Source of the DNA: a virus
DNA length: 64,000 nt
Virus record (IMG/VR): IMGVR_UViG_3300027996_000023
Coordinates: 6,910-70,909 of that record
Reading direction: 5' to 3' (one strand)
The position numbers were made by a program, and so were the translations under genes. Positions 45,987-55,538 of the stretch are shown here, piece by piece. Positions within the stretch are counted from its first letter, which is position 1. Each line of letters opens with the position of its first letter. Below the pieces are notes generated by a model. It saw only the letters and a list, made by a program, of their open reading frames with translations, was not told where the DNA came from and did not search any database.

Positions 45987-46019
45987 AAAGCAAGTAGAAC
46001 CTCATCTACTTGCTTTTTT
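45987..46019. terminator. hairpin/terminator after primase
   Basis: AAAGCAAGTAGA-ACCTCA-TCTACTTGCTTT, 12-bp stem. Confidence 0.6.
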
Positions 46020-47265
46020 ATATATATATTAGTTTTCTTGTGTATTTATTTATTCGCCCTAGAAGGGTATGGATGTTATAACCAGACACCTTGGCCAGTA
46101 GTCGAATAAGCTTCTCTCTTTCGTATCCATTTGGGTAATGGGCTATTGCGCCCAGGCACGTATCTGTTTTTTTGTCCTTTTGGCCCTCTGCTGAATCCCA
46201 AAGCACCTTGACATGGCATAGTACTTTTAGGTGATCTGTCATATCCACTCCGTAGTCCAGTGCCAAGGAAGCTGGGTCTTGCCCTTTTGGACCTTGTAGT
46301 GGTTTTATGTGTATGCTGTGCTTCCAATGCTTTGTAATTATATTAGCCAGGGCCTTGTCTCCAGCCTTGTCTCCATCTGTTAATACGTAGTTGTAGTCTA
46401 CGTACTTGGATATTAACTTGGCTTGCTCGTCTGTGAATGAGGTACCACAAAACCCTACTGCGTTTTTACAATCTGCTCTTGCGATTAAATTCACATCTGT
46501 ATACCCCTCAAACAATATAGCATGTTTGAGTTTTTTAATTACTTTTAGATTCTGGTGTAGTCCATAGAGGACTTCTCCTTTTCTGTATGCTAGGGTTTCT
46601 GTAGTGTTTACATACTTGGGCTTCCTTCCTTGGGTGTAGACCCTTCCAGCAAATCCAACTAACCTTCCTGTGTGGTTTCTTATTGGAAATATAATGCGAT
46701 CCTTAAAAACAGGAGAACCATCCTGTTTTATTAATTTTGCTTTCATTAAGGATTCTTTGTTGTAGTCAAGTGCATATTTGCTTGGAGCAAAACCAATCTC
46801 CCACTTGTGGACTAGATTCTTGGTGTATCCTCTGCCATGTAAATACCACTGTGGCTTTTTAGCGGTTTTAAAGTGCTCTCTAAATACAGTTAGAGCATAT
46901 TCGTTGGCCAATACTACTTCTTGGCTATCGTCTTTTATGTCTGGGCTTGTTTGATCTAGCATTCTTACGGGAATAGCATTTCGTGCTGCAATTAACCTTG
47001 CTGCGTCTGATGGGCTTTTGCATGACCTTTCCATCTCTTCTACAAAAGTGAATATGTCTCCACTTTTTCCGCAGCCAAAACATTTGTAATTTTGCTTGTT
47101 CTTCTGTGGGAATACCTTAAAGGAAGGTGTTTTTTCTGTGTGGAAAGGACAGGAGGCTTCGTATGTGGCTCCTTTCTTTTTTAAGTTGACATAACCTCCT
47201 ATTAGGTCTTGGATCTCCACATTATCTTTGATTAATTGGAAATCGTCTGGATGTAATCTGCACAT
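46018..47265 (-). CDS. dnaG: DnaG-type DNA primase
   Basis: CHC2 finger CPFHTEKTPSF...CFGC; RIIFPI, GFAGR, KYVNT; Toprim EGYTD and DGDKAG. Confidence 0.95.
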   Translation of the reverse strand: MCRLHPDDFQLIKDNVEIQDLIGGYVNLKKKGATYEASCPFHTEKTPSFKVFPQKNKQNYKCFGCGKSGDIFTFVEEMERSCKSPSDAARLIAARNAIPVRMLDQTSPDIKDDSQEVVLANEYALTVFREHFKTAKKPQWYLHGRGYTKNLVHKWEIGFAPSKYALDYNKESLMKAKLIKQDGSPVFKDRIIFPIRNHTGRLVGFAGRVYTQGRKPKYVNTTETLAYRKGEVLYGLHQNLKVIKKLKHAILFEGYTDVNLIARADCKNAVGFCGTSFTDEQAKLISKYVDYNYVLTDGDKAGDKALANIITKHWKHSIHIKPLQGPKGQDPASLALDYGVDMTDHLKVLCHVKVLWDSAEGQKDKKTDTCLGAIAHYPNGYEREKLIRLLAKVSGYNIHTLLGRINKYTRKLIYI

Positions 47266-47369
47266 ATTTTGTGGTTTAATACAAATATCGTATATTTGTA
47301 GTGGAAAAAAGTATATATGCCTATGTATGTAAACGCAACGACATATCTATTTATAGAAAGCCAAGCAAT

Positions 47370-48044
47370 TTATTGTTTGGTTTTTTTCTTCTTTACTACT
47401 TGAGTTCTTGCGTAGTTTGACCAATAAAAAAAGGACTTATTTATAAGCATTGTTGCTCCATCTCTTCCGTGCTCATTTGTCGATTTATTGTAGCCCGTAA
47501 GAGTTTTAAATAAATCGCTTGGCAGCTTGGTTGGCATCCTAAGCTGTGTGTATGGCACCTCTTTTGGCTCACCTTTTTCTAATATTGGCTTACCTTTGAA
47601 CTTGGCTATCTTTGGATACCTGTCTCTTTTTGATGGAGCGATTTGAACGGTAGCGACACCTAACTTCTCTAACTTAGAGCATAAGGTTTTTGCAAGCCCC
47701 TTGTTCTTGCCCACGTTACTCCCCATTGTTATCCATTTTCTTGCTTGTTTTAGCAAGAGGAAGTTTTTCTTTGGGTTCTTTTTGTAGCTTATTTTGGACC
47801 ACACATTAGTAACGTATGCCACCAATGCCTCTCCAGCTCCATATACATTAGAATCCAAATCTGAATTTTCTACAACAGCAATTAAATCCCAGTCAGAGCT
47901 TGCTTGATATTCTAATATCAAATTCAAGCAGTCAAATAGATCCATCGAACTTATATTGATAAACTTCTTTTCTTTTGGTAGGTATTCCGCAACTCCTGTA
48001 TTATTTCCTATACCTACATCTATCCCTAGTATTATTTCTCTCAT
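47370..48044 (-). CDS. RuvC/RNase H-fold nuclease (Holliday junction resolvase-like)
   Basis: ILGIDVG..NTG, VVE, TNEHGRDG. Confidence 0.7.
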   Translation of the reverse strand: MREIILGIDVGIGNNTGVAEYLPKEKKFINISSMDLFDCLNLILEYQASSDWDLIAVVENSDLDSNVYGAGEALVAYVTNVWSKISYKKNPKKNFLLLKQARKWITMGSNVGKNKGLAKTLCSKLEKLGVATVQIAPSKRDRYPKIAKFKGKPILEKGEPKEVPYTQLRMPTKLPSDLFKTLTGYNKSTNEHGRDGATMLINKSFFYWSNYARTQVVKKKKTKQ

Positions 48045-49651
48045 ATATCCGGTATGAATTGATCAGAAGTAATGTCATTCTTTAGTTCTGACCAGTTAAA
48101 GTCAGAGCTCTCTCCTTGAGAGGACCTGTGGGTGTCATTTTCATACCCAAACTCCCTCTCTGTGTATTCTGCTACTCTTGTATATTCTGCCTCAAAGAAG
48201 CAGCGTATCGTTTCTAATGCACCTTCTCTGTTTTTGGCATATATCTTCTCCAAAACTCCTTTGAGTGAGTTTCCTTCTTCGTCCTCAAAAATATCATAGT
48301 ACTCTGGTCGGTAAGCAAAGGCTACGGAATCAGCGTCTTGCTCTATCCCTCCAGAACCTCTAAGGTCTGAAAGTTGTGGTCTTTTACTTCCACCTCTTGT
48401 TTCTACAGATCGATTCAGCTGACAAAGAAGAATCACAGGTATCTCTAACTCTAGGGCTAATGCCTTTAGGTTTCGAGTTATAATAGAGATTTCTTGCTCT
48501 CTATTATTTCCTTTGAAGGCTGACATTAGCTGAAGGTAGTCTATAAATACCCTTCCTAATTTCTTGCCTTTCAATTTTAACTCATTCTGTATCTTGAGGC
48601 ACTTGTCTTTCACGTACCTCCAGGTTATAGCTGGTCGATCATCTATGTATGCATCGCTTGCATGTAGTTCGTCTTGGAATTTTTGATACTTTCCTTTTAA
48701 CTCAGGAGTCTTTAGCCCGTTGTCATAATCCTGTCTATTAACCCTGTATCGGCTAAAAAACATTCTTTTAACTAACCTCAATTTAGGCATTTCTAAGGAA
48801 AAATAAGCACTTGGCTCGCCTAAATCAAATACTGCATAATTAAATTCGCAGATAGCATCTGCCGTTTTACCCATGCCGGGTCTACCAGCTTCTACGTCAA
48901 GGTTCCCTCTTTGCCTTCCTCCAATAGTTTGGTTGACTTTATGGATCGGATGCATTAAGCCAGGGAACTCTATCCCTTTTTCTATCCTATCCAGTGTTTT
49001 GTCCAAGTCTTTGTCAAAAATATTTGACAACTCAAACCCACATGCCATTGTATCTTTTATTCCATCGTCAAAGTCCAACTCTGATTTGTATGAAGATATA
49101 AGCTCGTCAGCATCCTCTATGTCCACCTTGTATGATTGTTCTATAAACTGATTAGCCTGTTGCCAAGCCTTTCTTAGTTTATATGCTTTTGCCACCCTAT
49201 CTCTCAAAGATACGGATGTTTCTGTATCCTTTATCCCTAGGGTTATACTTTGTAGCCAAGCTTTCCCTCCCCACTCGTCTAAGAAGTCTTGTCCTAGAAG
49301 GGCTGCTACAATATCTACACCTATAGCCCTGTTGGTTTCAGAGAGTGTTTGGCATACTTCAAATACTGCTGCGTACTCCACAAGGTAGAAGTACTCTTTA
49401 CTCATCCCAGAGCACTCTGGAAGCACTATGTTTGGGTATAAAAGGATTCTTCCGATTAACCCTTGCTCTGCAATCCTGTCGTGCCTTGGAGCTTGTTGGT
49501 GCAGCAAGTGGGAGAGAAGATCTGGCTGCTTGGCTATTATTACTGGCAGATCTTTAGAAATGTTGTACTGAAATATTCTCGCTTGGTTTTCGTCCAAGCC
49601 CATGCTTTCAGTGTATTTCTTAGTTAGGGCTATAAGTGCGTGTTGCTTCAT
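48041..49651 (-). CDS. dnaB: DnaB-family replicative helicase
   Basis: AGRPGMGKT, FSLEM, IDYLQLM, QLNRSVETR, RPQLSDLRGSGGIEQDAD, KNREG; start placed at ATG 49651 (ATGA overlap with initiator). Confidence 0.95.
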   Translation of the reverse strand: MKQHALIALTKKYTESMGLDENQARIFQYNISKDLPVIIAKQPDLLSHLLHQQAPRHDRIAEQGLIGRILLYPNIVLPECSGMSKEYFYLVEYAAVFEVCQTLSETNRAIGVDIVAALLGQDFLDEWGGKAWLQSITLGIKDTETSVSLRDRVAKAYKLRKAWQQANQFIEQSYKVDIEDADELISSYKSELDFDDGIKDTMACGFELSNIFDKDLDKTLDRIEKGIEFPGLMHPIHKVNQTIGGRQRGNLDVEAGRPGMGKTADAICEFNYAVFDLGEPSAYFSLEMPKLRLVKRMFFSRYRVNRQDYDNGLKTPELKGKYQKFQDELHASDAYIDDRPAITWRYVKDKCLKIQNELKLKGKKLGRVFIDYLQLMSAFKGNNREQEISIITRNLKALALELEIPVILLCQLNRSVETRGGSKRPQLSDLRGSGGIEQDADSVAFAYRPEYYDIFEDEEGNSLKGVLEKIYAKNREGALETIRCFFEAEYTRVAEYTEREFGYENDTHRSSQGESSDFNWSELKNDITSDQFIPDI

Positions 49652-50754
49652 GCTTTTATTTGGATTTTTAAGGCTTGGTAGATACTTTTTGCGGAAGGCC
49701 TGTACTTCATTATCGAGTACAGAGCTTTCATTAGGTCCTCTTTTGATTTTTTTGTAGGGAAGGACCACTCCAAGGCAACCAATTCCATTTCTGTAATAGG
49801 TGTATATCTCGAAAGGGCTTCCTTGTGGGATTCTATTACCTTCAAAAATTGATTCATGTTTTCCAATATCTGATCCCCAGACTTACTCCTAAGCTTACTA
49901 ATAGGGATTCTTAATTTTTGGGCCATTTCAGGGCTTTTCTCTTGGCTATTTAGGAAAACTACCTTTTCTTGCTCTAAGGTTGTAGAATGTAGTGATTTTT
50001 GAACAATAGGCTTATTTTGGTAGACTTTATGTTTCTCGTTTCTCTTAGACCTCTCGTATCCGTTCGATAGCCAAGTTATGAAGTAGCCCTCAAGCTCTAA
50101 AAAGGTAGAAGCTCTCTTTTGTCCATAATTCTTTAATTTCTGGATGAAGGTTTTTTTGCATTCCTCAAATAGCTCTAAGGAAATCGAGTAACCTGTTTTC
50201 TTTATGCATTCCTCTATTTTCCCATCCCACCCATAAAAGAGGTTCATATCTTGCTGGGCCTTTACTGGCATGTTTCCGTAGAACCCCCCAAAGGGTCCAA
50301 GATTGGAATTGTAAACTGTCTCTGATTCGTCAACTAATTCTTCTTTAGAGGAAGTCTTTTTCTCTTTAGAAATAGTATTATTAGTATTAGTATTAATACT
50401 TGTATTTATATGTTCTACATTTTTGTGTACCCCCCCTCTACATTTTTGTGTACCCCCCTCTACATTTTTGTGTAGGGGTGCATTACCCATTATGGCGTAC
50501 ATTTTTCTTGATACTCCGTTGTCGTAAACAACTTTAATGTGCCCCCTTTTTCTTAATACAGAAATCCATCGAGAGATGGTGTTGGGCTCTACCTCGTATA
50601 GGTCAGCAAAGTATCGGTTGTTGGCGTAGCAGTAACCCTCTTTTCCAGAGAGGGCTGTTATTTCTGTGAATAAATACCCGGCACTTGCTGGTACTTTTTT
50701 GTCGTACCTTACGCTTGCTGGCAATATCCCATAGTAGTTTGGTTTGTCCTTCAT
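49648..50754 (-). CDS. phage replication initiator (N-terminal winged helix, replisome-organizer type)
   Basis: NYYGILPASVRYD...EITALS..GYCYANNRYFADLY...TISRWISVL; internal iterons; upstream of dnaB. Confidence 0.85.
   Translation of the reverse strand: MKDKPNYYGILPASVRYDKKVPASAGYLFTEITALSGKEGYCYANNRYFADLYEVEPNTISRWISVLRKRGHIKVVYDNGVSRKMYAIMGNAPLHKNVEGGTQKCRGGVHKNVEHINTSINTNTNNTISKEKKTSSKEELVDESETVYNSNLGPFGGFYGNMPVKAQQDMNLFYGWDGKIEECIKKTGYSISLELFEECKKTFIQKLKNYGQKRASTFLELEGYFITWLSNGYERSKRNEKHKVYQNKPIVQKSLHSTTLEQEKVVFLNSQEKSPEMAQKLRIPISKLRSKSGDQILENMNQFLKVIESHKEALSRYTPITEMELVALEWSFPTKKSKEDLMKALYSIMKYRPSAKSIYQALKIQIKA
50414..50474. repeat. three iterons (putative replication origin)
   Basis: TCTACATTTTTGTGTA at 50414, 50437 and 50459, next to an AT-rich stretch at 50370-50410. 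Confidence 0.75.
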
Positions 50755-50756
50755 AG

Positions 50757-51053
50757 TTAATTATCCCTCTCATTAAACACTTCGTAACTGTAATTGATGT
50801 TTTTTAACAGGTCATCATAAACCTTCAATTCCTGATACTCCTGTGGAGTGACCATTATAAATCTTCTCTTCACTTCAAACCCCAAAAAATAAAGACCATC
50901 TATATCTTTTAATCTTTCTTGCAGAAAAGGAAAGTAGTCAAATTGGTAATTATAATTTCTGCTAGAAGTGCATTCAAAACTTAGAGAGCAGAAATACTCA
51001 TTACTGTAGCCTAACCACATCAAGAGCATAGGTTCTGTTTTAAAGAAAATCAT
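50757..51053 (-). CDS. hypothetical protein
   Basis: 98 aa with AGTT-ATG leader. Confidence 0.55.
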   Translation of the reverse strand: MIFFKTEPMLLMWLGYSNEYFCSLSFECTSSRNYNYQFDYFPFLQERLKDIDGLYFLGFEVKRRFIMVTPQEYQELKVYDDLLKNINYSYEVFNERDN

Positions 51054-51160
51054 AACTTTTTATAACACCCATTAAAACGGGTTTTATACTTTTGTTATAA
51101 AAAATGGGGGCAATCGCAACCCCCTACCAAAATTCACTCAAAGAATCGGTTTTAAAAAAA

Positions 51161-51262
51161 TTATTTAATGCGATTGTTATTGTCCCTATAGCACCAATCA
51201 TACAAAACGGATACTATGGAAGCTATGGCCAATATAATTATTCCTATTTTTACTAAACACAT
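51161..51262 (-). CDS. 33-aa single-TM peptide (not in ORF track)
   Basis: MCLVKIGIIILAIASIVSVLYDWCYRDNNNRIK with an A-rich leader. Confidence 0.35.
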   Translation of the reverse strand: MCLVKIGIIILAIASIVSVLYDWCYRDNNNRIK

Positions 51263-51542
51263 AATACTGTTTTTTATAAAATAAAAAAGCCCCAATACAA
51301 TGTATTGAGGCTTTGGCGCATAACCTCAAAGTGCTGGAGGATTTGAAGCATACGCAGAAGAAGTGGCCTATTAAAGTATTATACAACCTCTTCGCAGAGA
51401 TCTTTATACAGCAGCGCACTATAGCGTTAAAGTCTTTGTTTCCAGCAAAAAAACTTTTTATTTTTAATTATTAACTTTTTCTAAGAGAAGAGTAGGGGGG
51501 AGTCCTACCACAGACTTTACCCCCTAAAACTAACTATTAGTT

Positions 51543-51574
51543 CAAAGATAAGTTTCTTTTAGTTGAAATACAAG
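51543..51574 (-). promoter_or_regulatory. Bacteroidota-type promoter of the replication operon
   Basis: Minus strand CTTG-N20-TATCTTTG. Confidence 0.7.
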
Positions 51575-51596
51575 TTTTTTATAAAAAAATTTGTAT

Positions 51597-52169
51597 TTAT
51601 ATTGGCATTGCCGCTTGTAATGCTGCTATTGTCTCTGTAACCTCATAGGTTTCGTGAGATCCTTTCATGTGAATTAGCGTATTACCAGCAGGTACAGCAG
51701 GGTCTTTGGAAATCATCTCCTTGATAGTGTGGTCCAATAGAATAAACTGCGTATTGGTCTTGGGAGGAACAGCTACAACTGTTACACTAACTAATCCAAG
51801 ATTTGTCGCTGCACCTTGATAGCCTAGAATAGTAGCCAAGTTCTGTGATGCAAATATCCGGTCTTTTCGGTACCTGGTTACCAATAGTGATCCCCCTGGA
51901 TCATCCAGTATCTTCCATAGACTGTGGGTGAACCAAATTTCTTGATTGCCTGTCTTGGTGTTGGACACTGAGATCATATTTAGGTTGTAGCCAGTTGTGT
52001 CTTGCTGGGCAAATATCGCTGTTATAGTCTCAGTAGGACTAAAGCTGTCTTGAGAATTAACCATACATACAACTACATCGTTAGTTGCTGCATCTTCAAC
52101 AATATGGCTAATCTGCTTATTGTCTATTAGTATTGCGCCTTTTGTTGGATGCGTTAATGAAATGAACAT
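51597..52169 (-). CDS. protein of three tandem small beta domains
   Basis: Repeated units ending PTETITAI / ASQNLATI / VTETIAAL. Confidence 0.6.
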   Translation of the reverse strand: MFISLTHPTKGAILIDNKQISHIVEDAATNDVVVCMVNSQDSFSPTETITAIFAQQDTTGYNLNMISVSNTKTGNQEIWFTHSLWKILDDPGGSLLVTRYRKDRIFASQNLATILGYQGAATNLGLVSVTVVAVPPKTNTQFILLDHTIKEMISKDPAVPAGNTLIHMKGSHETYEVTETIAALQAAMPI

Positions 52170-52185
52170 AATTTTAGTTTTAAAG

Positions 52186-52317
52186 TTAAGCCACCTTCTG
52201 AAGAGCTTTTTGTTTTTCTTCTTGCTCGGCCAATTTTTTGTTTCTGGGGTTATTTGCTTTATCTGTCAACCTCTTTTGAAGTTGCTTGATTTCTTGTAAT
52301 ATAATAGATCGTTCCAT
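52186..52317 (-). CDS. 43-aa basic coiled-coil peptide (not in ORF track)
   Basis: MERSIILQEIKQLQKRLTDKANNPRNKKLAEQEEKQKALQKVA. Confidence 0.45.
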   Translation of the reverse strand: MERSIILQEIKQLQKRLTDKANNPRNKKLAEQEEKQKALQKVA

Positions 52318-52340
52318 ATTTTCAAAAATTTGGGGAAACT

Positions 52341-52646
52341 TTAAGTCTTGAAAGACATTACAAGTTCCTTAATTGACATAATTAGGTTTTGGGTTTTTTC
52401 TTGTCCTTTCTCTACATCATCCATAACGCTAACAACATCTTTCAAGGTGTCCAAATACTGTACCTCTTTGTCTCTTACTTCCTTATTTAAGACTTGAAGT
52501 TCTTCTTTGTGCTTTTGCCTATCTTTAGATGCTTCTTTTCGGATAGACTTATTGTCTTTCCAAAGTACATACAAAGCTAATCCCATTACTACTACGACAG
52601 GAGCTTGCTGTAACAGCCAAGCTAAAGTTGCTGGTGTGCTATCCAT
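52341..52646 (-). CDS. holin-like protein (single TM plus coiled coil)
   Basis: WLLQQAPVVVVMGLALYVLWK followed by a charged helix. Confidence 0.45.
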   Translation of the reverse strand: MDSTPATLAWLLQQAPVVVVMGLALYVLWKDNKSIRKEASKDRQKHKEELQVLNKEVRDKEVQYLDTLKDVVSVMDDVEKGQEKTQNLIMSIKELVMSFKT

Positions 52647-52718
52647 TATTGTTTTTTTTTTCGCAACGGGACGTTATGCGAATGATTGTTTTATATTTTT
52701 ATATTGGTTTAGTTCTAT

Positions 52719-53306
52719 TTACTCTCCATCTATAATAATAGTTGTGTACGTATCTACTATTTCTTGACTAAAGTATGGCTTTGAATTGAATCCACCGCCA
52801 CTCCATACGCCTTGTGATAGCATCCAATCATTAATCTCTTTGTTATTAGACTTAACAAAAGGCTCGATCATAGGGTTTATCTCAGAAAACAAATCTACTC
52901 GATCAACAGTAGATAATTGATACCCAACAGTTAGAGTAGCTTTTCCCACTCTAACTCCCCTTGCGGAGATGCTTTTCTCTGCATGTTCTTTAAAGTTCTC
53001 CCAATCTTCTTGCTCGGTTACTACTGTTACTCTTAGCGCCTTAGAAACAACATGCCTCTTTGCAAGAATTAGCTTTTCTTCTGCACTGCAATTTGCCCAT
53101 TTGTCTGCTTCTGAAGTGCCTATTTTTTCTTGAAAATCTTCTGCAACTTCTTTTGTTATTCTAACGTAATCCCAGAGCTTCTTCCACCAACTGTCCATGT
53201 TTGTTATTGTTTTAGGTAACTCAGTGTACCCACTTGGGGCAGGCGTGGCATCATCTTGAACCTTTATTGCGGGAATAGCTTCATTATCTTCTATGTAAAG
53301 TTTCAT
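52719..53306 (-). CDS. hypothetical protein
   Basis: 195 aa. Confidence 0.65.
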   Translation of the reverse strand: MKLYIEDNEAIPAIKVQDDATPAPSGYTELPKTITNMDSWWKKLWDYVRITKEVAEDFQEKIGTSEADKWANCSAEEKLILAKRHVVSKALRVTVVTEQEDWENFKEHAEKSISARGVRVGKATLTVGYQLSTVDRVDLFSEINPMIEPFVKSNNKEINDWMLSQGVWSGGGFNSKPYFSQEIVDTYTTIIIDGE

Positions 53307-53318
53307 GTCTTTTGTTTT

Positions 53319-53912
53319 TTATCCTATTCTGTTACTTGGCCTCCACCTTAGAGAAGTGTGATCGTACCAAAAAATTGCAAGTTCGTTAGGTTTAATTGAT
53401 TTATCCATACCATCTCGCAGAAGAATCCTGTTTGCGGCTAAAGAGCCAGAATCGTTATCTAAGAACTTTAAATCGAATCCTGTGTTTATATTAGAGATAG
53501 AAAACTCCCTAGCGACACCAACCGCAGGTGCTAAGAATCCTGATATTTCCCTATTGTTTGCATCTATATCTTGTCTTACTCTATTTGATGTTGCAAAGCC
53601 AGTAGGGTTGTAGTCATTAGCAGTTGCCGTTAAAGTTGATGGAGTTATAATAGGTCCTGTAACTTGTGTTAAACCTATTGAATTGGCATAGTCGAAGCAA
53701 TCTGCAGCCACTCCCGTAGGATCGTATGTAGCTGCAAGCATATCTCCAGCTCCTCCACCACCCCAAGAAACACCTCCTGTATTAGTGTAGTGTAGTCCAG
53801 TATCTAGGTCTACATACTCACTCCCAAGGGGGCTTGCATGGTCTGGTGTGCCATTGCCATGCTGAAAGACTATATCTCCATGCGACTTGGTTATTAAATT
53901 TGTTGTTGCCAT
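53319..53912 (-). CDS. putative tail fibre/spike component
   Basis: GNGTP..A..GSEYVD, GGGGAGDMLAATYDP, NDYNPTG...S..ANRI...YD....RW fibre-type motifs. Confidence 0.55.
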   Translation of the reverse strand: MATTNLITKSHGDIVFQHGNGTPDHASPLGSEYVDLDTGLHYTNTGGVSWGGGGAGDMLAATYDPTGVAADCFDYANSIGLTQVTGPIITPSTLTATANDYNPTGFATSNRVRQDIDANNREISGFLAPAVGVAREFSISNINTGFDLKFLDNDSGSLAANRILLRDGMDKSIKPNELAIFWYDHTSLRWRPSNRIG

Positions 53913-54535
53913 TAGTTAGTTGCTTTTATAATTATTTCATATTGTGCATTCCATGTAATGTTAGCTCCTAGACCAGGTGTTATGCCTGTAACGTCTATGT
54001 CTACATCACCACCATTAGCGGTGAATGTTACTGAACCTGATGATAAATTAGGTCCACTAAAGTGAGATACTACATCTACTTGATTTACCGTAGCAACTCC
54101 AGCTATTACATGTACACTTAAAGCAACTATCCACGTAGCAAAAGAAAAGTTGTCATCACTTTTAGCAGAAAGCTTTACTTCTACTAAGTGCATCGATTCG
54201 TCTGTTAATGTATCTATCTTGTCTATCTCCGTAGGGGTAGCATCCGTTGTTAATACAGTAGAATGATAGATGCTATCAAACCCTATTCCTTTATAGGGAG
54301 ATTTAAGTGTTACTATATCATTGTTAGTATCTACTACAATTATGTCTTGACCTTTAACATCGTCACGAAGTCTCCAAGAGTTTGCGATGTTAGTGACAAT
54401 TTTATGAATAAAAGCGCCACCTTGGCTATCAATCTCTGGATTAGCAGTTGTTACAAAGTTTAACTCATCATCGAAAGTTACCTTATCTCCAGCTAAATAA
54501 TGTCCTTCTGTTTTATTTACTTTTCTTTGTGCCAT
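53912..54535 (-). CDS. putative structural protein
   Basis: C-terminal TTDATPT...VTG....I.W domain shared with 55539-56267. Confidence 0.5.
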   Translation of the reverse strand: MAQRKVNKTEGHYLAGDKVTFDDELNFVTTANPEIDSQGGAFIHKIVTNIANSWRLRDDVKGQDIIVVDTNNDIVTLKSPYKGIGFDSIYHSTVLTTDATPTEIDKIDTLTDESMHLVEVKLSAKSDDNFSFATWIVALSVHVIAGVATVNQVDVVSHFSGPNLSSGSVTFTANGGDVDIDVTGITPGLGANITWNAQYEIIIKATN

Positions 54536-54536
54536 C

Positions 54537-54812
54537 TTATATATCGTTTATTGTTTGTGGTTGCCACTCTGGAGTAGCTAATAGTTCTGTTATCCCCTCA
54601 TAGGTAAACTCAGGAACACCTGCCAAGCAGCTATGGTTAGCTGTGTCTCCCTCTGGTAGCTTGCACACAAGTTTAGTATTATCTAAATTAGGGTGTACAT
54701 ATAAGTCTCCGAACACCACCTTCTCTATCTCTGTAAGGAGGGGACTTGTTGTACTTGGTGTAAAATATCTACTATTATGGTGTGCCATATTTTTATTATA
54801 CTGGACAATCAT
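54537..54812 (-). CDS. hypothetical protein
   Basis: 91 aa ending LLATPEW; follows the LamG gene. Confidence 0.55.
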   Translation of the reverse strand: MIVQYNKNMAHHNSRYFTPSTTSPLLTEIEKVVFGDLYVHPNLDNTKLVCKLPEGDTANHSCLAGVPEFTYEGITELLATPEWQPQTINDI

Positions 54813-55536
54813 CTACTCTATCTCCTAGTTGTAAGCCATTAGATATAAATGTAGAATTGCTTGTCAAATCTGGAAAATCCCAAGTTGAACCGTTGTAGGT
54901 GGCTGTTGCTATATCTGGAGCAGCTACTAAATTAGCTCCTTGCGTCCACGTTGTACCTATGAGACCAAAATTATATTCTGTTACTACATCTGCTGGTGTA
55001 AGTTCAATATCCCAAGTCCTCATTTGGCCATGATTGCCTCCTACAAAAACTGTAGGTAATTGCGCCCCAATCAAAAAGTTTTGTGCTGTAATCATTGTAC
55101 CTCCAATAGGAAAAGAGTTCACAATTGTAGCCATCGGTTGTGCAACTCCATCAAAATACACTTTTATTCCAGAAGGCAATCCACTGCCATCATAGGTTAT
55201 AGTGTAGTGATGCCACCCAGACGCTGTGGCAGTTGTTGTCCTAACATAAATATATTGAGAGGGGTGATTCAAAAACTGAATCAACAATTGACCCCCTGTA
55301 TCACGCAAAAATCTGTACCCCTTACCACCACCTATTTTAGTAGCTAGGGGAGAGAACAACCCAAAAAAGTCTTTATGCCAAAAGGTAAAACTAAACGGGT
55401 CTCCTATATCAAAATCAAAAACAGAACTACCGGAGGCCTCTATGTATGAGGTAGCCCCATCCATCTGCATACTACGGCAGGGTACTGTCCTTAGTATGTT
55501 TAACTCCCGTAGATGTACAAGCTCTTTGATTATCAT
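54796..55536 (-). CDS. LamG/ConA-like lectin-fold protein
   Basis: PFSFTFW, GWHHYTITYDGS, IKVYFDG, FLIGA, WDIELT. Confidence 0.85.
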   Translation of the reverse strand: MIIKELVHLRELNILRTVPCRSMQMDGATSYIEASGSSVFDFDIGDPFSFTFWHKDFFGLFSPLATKIGGGKGYRFLRDTGGQLLIQFLNHPSQYIYVRTTTATASGWHHYTITYDGSGLPSGIKVYFDGVAQPMATIVNSFPIGGTMITAQNFLIGAQLPTVFVGGNHGQMRTWDIELTPADVVTEYNFGLIGTTWTQGANLVAAPDIATATYNGSTWDFPDLTSNSTFISNGLQLGDRVDDCPV

Positions 55537-55538
55537 AA

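Noticed and set aside
47280-47300. Palindrome TACAAATATCGTATATTTGTA upstream of primase
   Set aside because: Could be an operator or promoter element, but it is a single AT-rich instance with no corroboration
51198-51419. 73-aa minus-strand ORF
   Set aside because: GTG start without the phage's leader pattern; runs across a terminator-like hairpin
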